64,000 bases of DNA from Gemmatimonadaceae bacterium (GTDB taxonomy: Bacteria; Gemmatimonadota; Gemmatimonadetes; Gemmatimonadales; Gemmatimonadaceae), in assembly GCA_051859245.1 (NCBI GenBank), contig JBHYGA010000004.1, positions 964,030 to 1,028,029 of the forward strand, in the 5' to 3' direction. Below are positions 9,269 through 18,488 of this stretch, in pieces (the first letter of the stretch is position 1; each line of letters begins with the position of its first letter). The translations under genes were made by a program, and so were the position numbers. The notes beneath the pieces were generated by a model. That model was not told the DNA's origin, searched no databases, and saw only the letters and a list, made by a program, of their open reading frames with translations.

Positions 9269-10480
9269 ATGACTGCGCTCCCCGCTTCTGCACCCATGTT
9301 TGCAACACCTGCAGCGCAACGCATGCAAAGTCGTGCTCGTTCGTTGCTGCTGCTTGCCCTCGCCGCCAGCGCGGTCGCCTGCGGTGGTGATAGCGAATCG
9401 GCTGAGGCCACCGATACCGCAACACCATCAGTGGTCGCGCTCACGCCCGCCGACATCGGCGAGGCGCGTCTCGACACCATTGCTGGCGGCGTGCTGTTGA
9501 GCGGGGCGCTCGAACCCGCACGCCGCGTCATGCTGAAAGCACAAATCGACGGCACGATTGGCTCGTTGCTCGTTGACCGTGGTTCTGCTGTTCGGAAGGG
9601 ACAACTGCTGCTCACGATCAATGCCGAAGGCATTCGCGATCAGGCGGCGAGCTCCGCGTCGGCAATTGCCGCGGCAAAAGCGGGCGTTGCCGTCGCCGAA
9701 CAACGTCGTGACGGGTCGCGCGCACTCTTCGCAAAAGGCGCGATTGCGGAGCTGGATCTGCGCGCCGCGGAAGCGCAATACGAAGCGGCCGTCGCAGATC
9801 TGGTGGCGGTGCAGGCCGGCGCCACCAGTGCGCAGGAGTCGGCCTCACGCACGCGCATTACGTCTCCCATTGATGGTGTGATCAGCGAGCGAGAGGTGCA
9901 GGTGGGTGAGCCGGTGAGCAACGGTGGCGCACTGCTGACCGTTGTCGACGTACGCACACTCGAACTCGCCGGTCAGGTTGGCGTGGATGTCGCGTCGCAA
10001 CTCAAGACCGGCATGAATGTGGAGTTTACCGTCGAATCGCGACCGGATCAGTCGTATCGCGGCCGTGTGGCGCGCATTGATCCGGAAGCGAACGCGGGAA
10101 CGCGACAGGTTGGTGTGTACATCGAACTGCCCAACACGAACCGCGAACTGACGGCCGGACAATACGCCACGGGACGTGTGCTGCTGGATACGCCGAGTGC
10201 GTTGGTGGTGGTGCCGAACGTGGCGGTGCGCATGCGTGACGGAAAGACCATGGTCGCGATTGTCGCGGATGGACAGATTCGTCTGCAGGAAGTCACGGTT
10301 GCCACTCGCGATGAAGCGCGAGGACTCGTTGGTCTCTCAAGCGGGCTCGACGCGGGCGCACGCATCCTCGTGATGCCAGGCAGTGGACTTGATCACGGCA
10401 CGCAGGTGCGCGTGGTGAACACCAGCTCGCCGAACGACAGTGGTCGTCCACCGGTGGCGCCGGTAGGAGAAAAGAACTGA
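9269..10480 (+). CDS. RND efflux periplasmic adaptor (MFP)
   Basis: Lipobox (AVAC), lipoyl-like halves (GTIGSLLVDRGSAVRKGQLL; ITSPIDGVI), alpha-hairpin. Confidence 0.92.
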   Translation: MTALPASAPMFATPAAQRMQSRARSLLLLALAASAVACGGDSESAEATDTATPSVVALTPADIGEARLDTIAGGVLLSGALEPARRVMLKAQIDGTIGSLLVDRGSAVRKGQLLLTINAEGIRDQAASSASAIAAAKAGVAVAEQRRDGSRALFAKGAIAELDLRAAEAQYEAAVADLVAVQAGATSAQESASRTRITSPIDGVISEREVQVGEPVSNGGALLTVVDVRTLELAGQVGVDVASQLKTGMNVEFTVESRPDQSYRGRVARIDPEANAGTRQVGVYIELPNTNRELTAGQYATGRVLLDTPSALVVVPNVAVRMRDGKTMVAIVADGQIRLQEVTVATRDEARGLVGLSSGLDAGARILVMPGSGLDHGTQVRVVNTSSPNDSGRPPVAPVGEKN

Positions 10481-13400
10481 TGTCTGAACAGCATGAAGAC
10501 CGCGCTGCCGCTGGCGGCAGCGTTAAAGGTGCGGCGGAGCAGGGCGGTGGACTCAGTGGCGTCGCCATTCGACGCCCGGTGTTCACCACCATGATCATGC
10601 TCGGACTGGTGGTGCTTGGATTGTTCGCGTACCGCGGACTGCCTATCGACCAGTTCCCGGATGTCAGCATTCCCGTGGTATCGGTGCAAACCACGTATCC
10701 GGGTGCCAGCGCCGAAACAGTTGAGCGCGAGGTCACGCGCCGACTGGAAGAAGCGTTCAATCCGGTGCAGGGCGTGAAGAAACTCACGTCCATCTCGCTG
10801 GAAGGTGTGTCGCAGGTGACGGTGGAGTTTGACCTCGGACGTGATGCCGATGCCGCATCGCAGGACCTGCGTTCCAAGATTGAACTCATTCGCCGTGATC
10901 TGCCAACGGATATTGATCCGCCGATTGTGCAGAAGTTCAACTCGTCAGATCTGCCGATCATTTCGCTCGCGCTTCGCTCCAAAACCGTTCCGCTCAGTGA
11001 ACTCACCACGATTGCCGACGAACCACTGCGCCGCCGCATGGAAGCGGTTGCTGGAGTTGGTGAAGTGCGCGTGTCGGGCGGTGTGCGTCGGCAGGTGAAT
11101 GTGTATCTGCAGCCGGAGCGCATGCGCGCACTCGGCATTACCGTGCCCGAAGTCATGGGCGCGTTGCAGCGGCAGAACCTCGAAGTGCCCGCGGGACGTC
11201 TTGAGCGCGGGTTGGCCGAACAACTCGTGCGCGTGACCGGACGTATTGACGACCCGGCGGGCTTTGAGCAGGTGATCATTGCCACCCGTGGTGCGAATCC
11301 CGTTCGCTTGCGCGATGTGGCGCGCGTGGAAGACGGTGTGGAAGAAAAGCGCTCGGTTGCACTCGTGAATGGTGAAGTGGCCGTTGCGCTGGACCTGCTC
11401 AAGGTCTCCGGCGCGAACACAGTGGAAGTGGCCGACGGTGTGACCGAAGCACTCGACGAAGCGCGGGCGCTGCTCCCACAAGGCGCAACGTTGCAGGTCG
11501 TGCGCGACAACTCCACCATGATCCGTCAATCGGTTGATGACGTCATCCATGAGCTGGTGCTTGGCGCGATTCTCACCGTGCTGATCGTGATGTTGTTCCT
11601 GAACGACATCAAGGCCACCGCCATTACGGCACTCGCGCTTCCGGTGTCGGTGATTTCGGCCTTCGTGCTGATGGGCATTCTGGGCTTCACGCTCAACGTT
11701 CTTACGCTGCTGGCCCTGTCGATCTCGATTGGTATCCTAATTGACGACGCGATTGTGGTGGTGGAAAACATTGTGCGTCGTCGGCAGATGGGCGACGACG
11801 TCTTCACTGCCGCACGCGAAGGCACACGCGAAATTGTGCTGGCGGTGTTGGCCACTACACTCTCCATCGTAGCCGTGTTTGTGCCGGTCGCGTTCATGAA
11901 AGGCATCATTGGCCGGTTCTTCTTTGAGTTCGGTCTGACTGTTGCGTGGGCGGTGCTCGTGTCGCTGTTCGTGTCGTTCACACTCACGCCAATGCTCAGC
12001 GCGTGGTGGGGTGTGTCGCCGCATACGGGTGAAGGCGGCAATGTGATCACGCGTAGCATCAGCCGTTTTAATCGCTGGTTCGACCAGCAGGCGCTGCGCT
12101 ATCGCGGACTGCTGCGGTGGGCGCTCGGACACCGTCGCAGCACCGTGTTGATGGCCGTGGTGGCGTTTGTCGGCGCCATGGCACTCTTCCCACTGGTTGG
12201 TGGATCGTTTTCGCCTGACAGCGATGACGGCGAGTTCATTGTAAAGTTTGAAACGCCGCAAGGTGCCAGCTTGCCGTACACGCAGGCCAAGGCCGAGCAG
12301 ATTGATGCGATGCTCACGGCCATGCCGGAAGTGTCGTACGTGTATACCACGGTGGGTGCGGGTGCGATTGGTACGGTTACCACCGGCGAAGCGTATGTGA
12401 AACTCGTGCCGTCCAACGAACGCACGCGTTCGCAGCTTGAGATGATCGCCGTCGCGCGAACCGCCATGCAAGACGTGGCAGGTGTGCAGTCGCAGGTTCT
12501 TTTGAGCGGCGGTCTCGGTGGCCCAGTGGCGCCGCTGCAGGTTGAACTGCGCGGACGTGATCTCGATACCCTCACCATGATTTCGGCGCAGGCGCTGGCC
12601 GCTGTTCGCGCACTCCCTGAAGTTGTGGATTCGCGCACCACACTTGGTGCACCGCGTCCCGAAGTACGCGTTGATCTGGATCGCGATGTCGCCAATCGTG
12701 TCGGACTCGATGTGGGTTCGCTCGCCGCGACAATTCGACCGCTCTTTGCGGGCGAAGTCGCTACACGTTGGGAAGATCCTACGGGTGAAGAGCGTGACGT
12801 GCGCGTGCAGCTCTCGCCCGAGTCGCGCGTATCGCGTACGGATCTGGCGCAGATTCCCGTGCCCACGGCAAGCGGCAATGCAAACGGAATCGCCAGCGTT
12901 CCGCTCGGTGATATTGCGCGACTGGAAGACGGATTTGCGCCGGCCGAAATCCGTCGTCAGGATTTGCAGCGCACGGTGATTGTGGAGGGCAGCCCGGCGC
13001 CAGGCGTGTCCATCTCGGTGGCGTCGGCCAAGCTGAACGAAGCGCTCAACACGCTCACACTTCCCGAGGGCTATCGCTTTCAGCTTGGCGGCGAAACAAA
13101 GGAGCTGGCCGAAACGGGTGGGTACGTGATCGAAGCGATCTTGCTGGCTGTGGTGCTCATCTTCCTGATTCTTGCATCACAGTTTGAGTCGTTCACGCAG
13201 CCAGTGGCGATTATGCTGTCACTGCCATTGTCGTTGATTGGCGTGCTTATCGCGCTGCTGCTGACGGGCGATACGATCAACATCATGTCCATGATTGGCG
13301 TGATCATGCTCTTTGGTCTAGTCACCAAGAACGCGATTCTGCTGGTGGACAACGCCAATGAACGACGACGCGAGGGCATGCCACGATTCGAGGCGCTTAT

Positions 13401-13686
13401 TGAAGCCGGTGCGGTGCGTTTACGTCCGATCATGATGACCACATTGGCCATGATTTTTGGCATGTTGCCGATTGCGCTCGCACTTGGACAGGGCGGCGGT
13501 TTCCGCGCACCAATGGCGCGCGCGGTAATCGGCGGCCTGATCACCAGTACGGCGCTCACACTGCTCGTTGTGCCGGTCGCGTACACGTATCTCGACGACC
13601 TCGGCGCGTGGGTGCTGTCGAAAGTGCGGAGAACCGGACGTCGTGCGAACACCGCTGAAATGCCAGTTCCGGTGGCGGGTGACTAG
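10480..13686 (+). CDS. RND efflux permease (AcrB/HAE1-like)
   Basis: 1068 aa. AIRRPV N-terminus, GILIDDAIVVVENI, KNAILLVD, RLRPIMMT motifs. Confidence 0.96.
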   Translation: MSEQHEDRAAAGGSVKGAAEQGGGLSGVAIRRPVFTTMIMLGLVVLGLFAYRGLPIDQFPDVSIPVVSVQTTYPGASAETVEREVTRRLEEAFNPVQGVKKLTSISLEGVSQVTVEFDLGRDADAASQDLRSKIELIRRDLPTDIDPPIVQKFNSSDLPIISLALRSKTVPLSELTTIADEPLRRRMEAVAGVGEVRVSGGVRRQVNVYLQPERMRALGITVPEVMGALQRQNLEVPAGRLERGLAEQLVRVTGRIDDPAGFEQVIIATRGANPVRLRDVARVEDGVEEKRSVALVNGEVAVALDLLKVSGANTVEVADGVTEALDEARALLPQGATLQVVRDNSTMIRQSVDDVIHELVLGAILTVLIVMLFLNDIKATAITALALPVSVISAFVLMGILGFTLNVLTLLALSISIGILIDDAIVVVENIVRRRQMGDDVFTAAREGTREIVLAVLATTLSIVAVFVPVAFMKGIIGRFFFEFGLTVAWAVLVSLFVSFTLTPMLSAWWGVSPHTGEGGNVITRSISRFNRWFDQQALRYRGLLRWALGHRRSTVLMAVVAFVGAMALFPLVGGSFSPDSDDGEFIVKFETPQGASLPYTQAKAEQIDAMLTAMPEVSYVYTTVGAGAIGTVTTGEAYVKLVPSNERTRSQLEMIAVARTAMQDVAGVQSQVLLSGGLGGPVAPLQVELRGRDLDTLTMISAQALAAVRALPEVVDSRTTLGAPRPEVRVDLDRDVANRVGLDVGSLAATIRPLFAGEVATRWEDPTGEERDVRVQLSPESRVSRTDLAQIPVPTASGNANGIASVPLGDIARLEDGFAPAEIRRQDLQRTVIVEGSPAPGVSISVASAKLNEALNTLTLPEGYRFQLGGETKELAETGGYVIEAILLAVVLIFLILASQFESFTQPVAIMLSLPLSLIGVLIALLLTGDTINIMSMIGVIMLFGLVTKNAILLVDNANERRREGMPRFEALIEAGAVRLRPIMMTTLAMIFGMLPIALALGQGGGFRAPMARAVIGGLITSTALTLLVVPVAYTYLDDLGAWVLSKVRRTGRRANTAEMPVPVAGD

Positions 13687-13708
13687 TCCGATTCGCTCGG
13701 CGCGGAGT

Positions 13709-13745
13709 TGCTCCTGATGCCGCAGTTCCCTCAGCATCAGGAGCG
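13709..13745. repeat. Collapsed mini-copy of palindromic family A, possible bidirectional terminator
   Basis: TGCTCCTGATGC-CGCAGTTCCCTCA-GCATCAGGAGCG between convergent genes. The ends match the termini of family A. Confidence 0.7.
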
Positions 13746-13777
13746 TGTCCGCGATATGCCCCGCCCCCATCGCTGCT

Positions 13778-14386
13778 CTACAGATGCCGTGAAGCCCAGA
13801 TGAGGCGCTGCAGGATGCCGACGATCACACCGCCGGTCATGATCCACGCGAGCGTGACGTAGTGGTAGGGGAAGAGCAGGAAGAGTGAAAAGAAGATGAC
13901 CGTTTCGGTGCCGGCCACGAGACCGCGTGGCATCGTGACCGTGGTGAGTTCACCACGCGAAGTTGCGCCGGCGCCGCGCCGTTCAAGAATCGCCGAGAGG
14001 TACATCCACGACGCGGCGTTCACGAACCATGAGGCGAGCAGTACACTGCTGGCGAGCCAGCTGCTTCGCGTATCGAACGCGAGCGCAATACCGAGTGGCA
14101 TCGCGGCGTAGACCACGAAGTCAAGCAAAATGTCGAGATAGCCGCCCATGTCGGTCTGGCGATCATGCAGGCGCGCCACGGTGCCGTCAATACCATCGAG
14201 CAGTCGGTTGGCGATCCACAGTATGAGCGCGAATCGCCACGTCGCCTGGCTGGCCGCGACCGCTGCGCCGATACCGACCACGAGCGCGAGCAGGGTGATG
14301 GCCAAGGGTGAGCACCACGTACCCAGCCACTGCGCGAGTGGTGCGAGCCAGCGTTCTTTTCGAATGCGAAACCATTCGTCAAACAT
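13778..14386 (-). CDS. CDP-alcohol phosphatidyltransferase family protein (YnjF-like)
   Basis: Signature DGIDGTVAR-x8-GGYLDILLD. GLVAGTET segment resembles YnjF-type members. Confidence 0.9.
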   Translation of the reverse strand: MFDEWFRIRKERWLAPLAQWLGTWCSPLAITLLALVVGIGAAVAASQATWRFALILWIANRLLDGIDGTVARLHDRQTDMGGYLDILLDFVVYAAMPLGIALAFDTRSSWLASSVLLASWFVNAASWMYLSAILERRGAGATSRGELTTVTMPRGLVAGTETVIFFSLFLLFPYHYVTLAWIMTGGVIVGILQRLIWASRHL

Positions 14387-14395
14387 TGTGGCGTC

Positions 14396-15508
14396 TCACG
14401 CAGGAAATAGGATCATGCCACGTACGTCGATGCACACAGTAACCTGTGAGCCGGTGGCCGGCACAGACATGGGGTCGATGAGCGCGTGGACCACGGCGTG
14501 AGGCAATTGGACCGCTGCCGTCGCGCTTCCTGCCCGGTGATTAATGCTGAGTACGCGGCCATCAGCGAGCGTGTGAATGTGCGGAGTGTCGCTGGCGCGG
14601 GTGTGATTCGCGGTTGACTCGCAACGTATGGCGTCGCTCCGAATGCCAAGCACAACGCGCTGCTGGTTTGCGTAGCCGGCGCTGCTCCGCGTGGGCAGCG
14701 CGCCCAGCACCGTGTCAATGCTGCTGTCGGATTCGCGAACCACTCCCTCAAACTCCTGATGCAATCCCAGAAAGCGCATCACGCCAACTGACGCTGGCGA
14801 TGCGAACAGCTCCAGCGCGGTTCCCACCTGCGCGATGGTGCGATCGAGCATGATCGCCATGCGATCGCCAAGCGACGTCGCATCATCGAGATCGTGGGTC
14901 ACGAGCAGCAGGCCGGCATCGCTCTCGGCGTGCGCCTCACGGATTGCGTCGCGCACATCACGTCGCAATACCGGATCGAGCGCCGAGAGTGGTTCGTCAA
15001 GCAGCAATACATGTGGCCTGGCGGCAAGTGCACGAGCCAGTGCCACGCGATGTTTCTGTCCACCGCTCAGTGTCTGTGGCGAGCGTTTGGCTAGCTCACC
15101 AAGGTGTAAACGTTCGAGCAGCGCCCGCACCACGCGCTCACGCTCCGCAGACGCCATGCCACGAATGGTGAGCGGAAACGCAACGTTGTCCTCTACGCTG
15201 AGGTGCGGAAAGAGCACCGGCGTTTGATGCAGATACACCGTACCGCGCGAGTGCGCGGCGACATCGGAGACGTCAATATTGCCAACGCGAATGTGTCCTG
15301 CGCTGATGGGCGTCAGGCCCGCAATCGCTCGCAGCAACGATGTCTTTCCCTCACCGGATGGCCCGAGTAACACCACGCGTTCACCACATGCCAAGCGCAA
15401 ACTGATGTCGTGCAGTCCGTGCGTGCGTGCCGCGTCACCGCGAGTATCGGGAGACGCAAACGGCACAGCCACTGCTTCAACGGAAAGCGCGTTGCCAGTG
15501 GGCGTCAT
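14396..15508 (-). CDS. ABC transporter ATP-binding protein
   Basis: Walker A GPSGEGKT, signature LSGGQ, Walker B LLLDEP, H-loop VTHD, TOBE-like C-terminus. Confidence 0.95.
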   Translation of the reverse strand: MTPTGNALSVEAVAVPFASPDTRGDAARTHGLHDISLRLACGERVVLLGPSGEGKTSLLRAIAGLTPISAGHIRVGNIDVSDVAAHSRGTVYLHQTPVLFPHLSVEDNVAFPLTIRGMASAERERVVRALLERLHLGELAKRSPQTLSGGQKHRVALARALAARPHVLLLDEPLSALDPVLRRDVRDAIREAHAESDAGLLLVTHDLDDATSLGDRMAIMLDRTIAQVGTALELFASPASVGVMRFLGLHQEFEGVVRESDSSIDTVLGALPTRSSAGYANQQRVVLGIRSDAIRCESTANHTRASDTPHIHTLADGRVLSINHRAGSATAAVQLPHAVVHALIDPMSVPATGSQVTVCIDVRGMILFPA

Positions 15509-16323
15509 GTTGCAAGTGCGTCAGTGCGTCGCGCGCCAAGGCGCAAGGCGGCCAGTGCGGCAATCGCCGGTACAATGAGCAACAGGGCGCCTACAGCCGC
15601 CGGTCGATCCTGCCCGGCACGAACAAGCGTCAGTACTTCAATTGGCAACGTGCGCAGCGCTCCTCCGCCAACCACAAGCGTCAGTGCGACCTGCGTCCAC
15701 GAGATGAGAAAGGCAATCGCAAGTGCTTCGGCAATTGGTGCACGCAGCGACGGGACAATTACGCGTGTCCATGTGTTCCACGCCGACGCGCCGAGCGTAC
15801 GCGCTGCTTCTTCTGGTTCCGAGCCGCGGGTAGTAAACACGCCAAGAAAGAGCAGAGACACGTAGCCCACAGCGGGAACGGTGTGCGAAAGCCACACGCC
15901 AACCGACGTGCCCGCTATTCCCAGCCACAGTGTCAGAATCTGCAGACCCGCACCAAGTGCAATCGGCGGCGCTGCGACCGGAAGAAACACGAGCGCCGCG
16001 GCAACATGTCGCCAGCCACCGCGCAAACGGGCGAGTGATCGCCCAACAGGCAACGCGACCGCAACCGCAGCAACGGCGGTCGCCAGGCCCAACGCGACGC
16101 TCGTTACCGCGGCGCCTCCGAGCGAGCCGCTAACCACCGCACGCCATGACGATCCCGTAAAGCCAGACGGCAGGAGCGCGGGCCACCGCCAGCTCTCGCT
16201 GAATGATTGCACGAGCAGAATCGCAAACGGCAGGAACGTTGAAATGGCCAGTGCGGCAATCGCGACAACGCGCCATGGCGATGTGTCAGCTTTTGCATGC
16301 GCAATCTGCACAGGCGCCGTCAT
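15505..16323 (-). CDS. ABC transporter permease (YnjC C-half-like)
   Basis: About six TM helices, EAA loop EEAARTLGAS, WRWPALLP motif. Confidence 0.9.
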   Translation of the reverse strand: MTAPVQIAHAKADTSPWRVVAIAALAISTFLPFAILLVQSFSESWRWPALLPSGFTGSSWRAVVSGSLGGAAVTSVALGLATAVAAVAVALPVGRSLARLRGGWRHVAAALVFLPVAAPPIALGAGLQILTLWLGIAGTSVGVWLSHTVPAVGYVSLLFLGVFTTRGSEPEEAARTLGASAWNTWTRVIVPSLRAPIAEALAIAFLISWTQVALTLVVGGGALRTLPIEVLTLVRAGQDRPAAVGALLLIVPAIAALAALRLGARRTDALAT

Positions 16324-17174
16324 TTAACGAGTGAACCCCAACGCGCGCGTGCGACTTCGTGCGCGGCCACGGCAATCGCGGCCACGCCGAGTGCAACCAA
16401 CGCGAGTCCGTACGCTTCTCCGCGGCGCGAAAGCTGCGGGTCGGCGAAACGCTCCATGGTGAGTACCGGAAGCGGGGCCGGATCAATCGGGGCCAACAGC
16501 ACCGCCGACTCAAAGCTTCCGAATGCAAACACAAACGTTGCGATCACTGCCGGAAACAAGCCGCGCCACAACAACGGCCAGGTGATGGTGCGCGCCACAA
16601 CGCTCGGCGTTGCTCCAAGCGTGCGGGCTGCGTCTTCCAGATCGCGAGCAATGCCCGCGCGAAGGGCGATGGCTACAACGGCGAGAAAGGGTAGTTCCTT
16701 CCACGCAAGCGAAAGAATCAGCGCGACACCGCCTGAATCGTACACAAGCGCGGGCATGTTCGCGGGTGCGTCAATCACGCCGGCGCCGTGCAGTGCCCGG
16801 GCCAGCAACCCACTTTGACTGAGCACAAAAAGTGCGGTGGCCGCCGCGACAAGGTGGGGCACAGGAAGCGGCAGTGTGGCCAGCGATCGAGCCACACGAT
16901 CGCTTCGTGAGTGTGACGGAAAGAGCAGGGCAATGGCGACTGCAGCAGCGGCCGCAATCACGGTGCTGGTACACGCCACATAAAGCGACCAGGAAGTTGC
17001 GCGCCACGTGGTGCGATCGCCGAGCACGAAGAACAGGCGATCGGCATCGGCCACGGACGAGGCTCCGGCACCGGTGAGTCCGAGTACCGCGAGCGCGGAG
17101 TAGGCCACGCCGAAAAGCACCGGCGCGGCCACAAGCATCGCGATCAATAACGGAAAAGGCACACGCCGAGGCAT
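16320..17174 (-). CDS. ABC transporter permease (YnjC N-half-like)
   Basis: TM helices, EAA loop EDAARTLGAT, WKELPF motif. Confidence 0.9.
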   Translation of the reverse strand: MPRRVPFPLLIAMLVAAPVLFGVAYSALAVLGLTGAGASSVADADRLFFVLGDRTTWRATSWSLYVACTSTVIAAAAAVAIALLFPSHSRSDRVARSLATLPLPVPHLVAAATALFVLSQSGLLARALHGAGVIDAPANMPALVYDSGGVALILSLAWKELPFLAVVAIALRAGIARDLEDAARTLGATPSVVARTITWPLLWRGLFPAVIATFVFAFGSFESAVLLAPIDPAPLPVLTMERFADPQLSRRGEAYGLALVALGVAAIAVAAHEVARARWGSLVK

Positions 17175-17199
17175 GTCCGAAGTTACGCCATGGGCGACA

Positions 17200-18447
17200 C
17201 TACGGCTCGCGAGGCGATGCTCCGGCGCGCGCCCAGTCTCGCCAATCCGCGTTCAGTCGCTCGTGATAACGCGGCGACACCTCAGGAACGGCGTATCGGC
17301 GCAGTGTGTCCCGAGGGATCGCGCGCGGATCCGCCTCGGCGTTCGCAAAACGTGAGCGCCACGGCTCAGGGACCGTGCGAACATTCAGCACCGTGCCATC
17401 TGCCCACACCTCGGGCTTTTGTTTCTCAAATTGCGCTTCGGCAGACAGGAGCAGGTTTGCGACCACCATCGCGCCGGCCGGATTGGGCGCATTCAAGGGA
17501 ATGCCCACGAAATGTGAGTTCGCAATGGTGCCGTCGCGCAATACCAGTGCACGAGCTGTACTCGGCAGTACCCCCTGGCGAATCTTGTTGACCACGTCGT
17601 GTTGATTGTTCGACATGGAAAAATCGATCTCTGAGTTCGCGAACAGGCGATGCATGGCCGCGACATCCGGCGGATACGTGCTGCCGTTTCGCCAGAAGCT
17701 GCTGCGCAACGAGTCGAGCCACGCAAACACCACCTGTCGACCAAGGTCGTAGCGCTCATCGGTGAACCCATTGGCGAACGCGCTTGCGCCTCCACCGCGG
17801 GCGTACATCAGCATCTTGAGAAACGTGATGCCGGAGAATCCTTGATCGTGTGTGAACCGGCCTGGATTCGATCGAATCCAGGCTGAGAGTTCGTCGAATG
17901 ACCGCGGCGGATTGGGTGTGCGTACGGTGTCGTAAATCAGCGCAAACTGCACCGAGCCCCACGGACTCTCAAAGCCGGCTGGGTCCTGCTCAAAGTCGCG
18001 TGCAATGATGGGCGACGCAGAGTCGATGAACGCGGCGTTCGGCAACACGCCCGCCCACGGCCCTGCCAGCAGCGACTCCGCGCGCAGATTGGAGAATGTC
18101 TCACCGTTGATCCACACGAGGCTCGCGGTGCCGCGTCCACGTCCCGCTTCGCGCTCGAGCACCAGCTGATTCACGATCTCCGGTCCTTGTCCCTCAACCG
18201 CTTCAAGGGTGATGCCGTACATCGTGCGCAAACGCGGGGCGAGCCAACCGTCAACGTAGGCGTTGATGGCCGGATCGCCTCGCCACTTGCGCCATGTCAC
18301 GGTCGTGCCGCGCGCGCGTGCTTCCACGCTGTCCCACGGCAGTGCGGTGAGTTGCGCAACTTCGGTCTGTGCCGATTGCTCTGCAGCGTCACCCGCGCAC
18401 GCCACGAGACACGTGGCGAGAAGAACGGATCGCAACACAGGGAACAT
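17200..18447 (-). CDS. ABC substrate-binding lipoprotein (YnjB-like)
   Basis: ATG 18447 gives a lipoprotein signal (LLATCLVAC). ARGTTVTW..WRG, LVWINGETF and FSGITFLK motifs resemble YnjB. Confidence 0.85.
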   Translation of the reverse strand: MFPVLRSVLLATCLVACAGDAAEQSAQTEVAQLTALPWDSVEARARGTTVTWRKWRGDPAINAYVDGWLAPRLRTMYGITLEAVEGQGPEIVNQLVLEREAGRGRGTASLVWINGETFSNLRAESLLAGPWAGVLPNAAFIDSASPIIARDFEQDPAGFESPWGSVQFALIYDTVRTPNPPRSFDELSAWIRSNPGRFTHDQGFSGITFLKMLMYARGGGASAFANGFTDERYDLGRQVVFAWLDSLRSSFWRNGSTYPPDVAAMHRLFANSEIDFSMSNNQHDVVNKIRQGVLPSTARALVLRDGTIANSHFVGIPLNAPNPAGAMVVANLLLSAEAQFEKQKPEVWADGTVLNVRTVPEPWRSRFANAEADPRAIPRDTLRRYAVPEVSPRYHERLNADWRDWARAGASPREP

Positions 18448-18488
18448 CGGAACGCATGATCGCTTACTCAACAACGTGCGCACGCGCC

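Noticed and set aside
10293..11519. 408-aa minus-strand ORF and similar ORFs opposite both RND genes
   Set aside because: Ser/Arg/Thr-rich shadows of well-supported genes.
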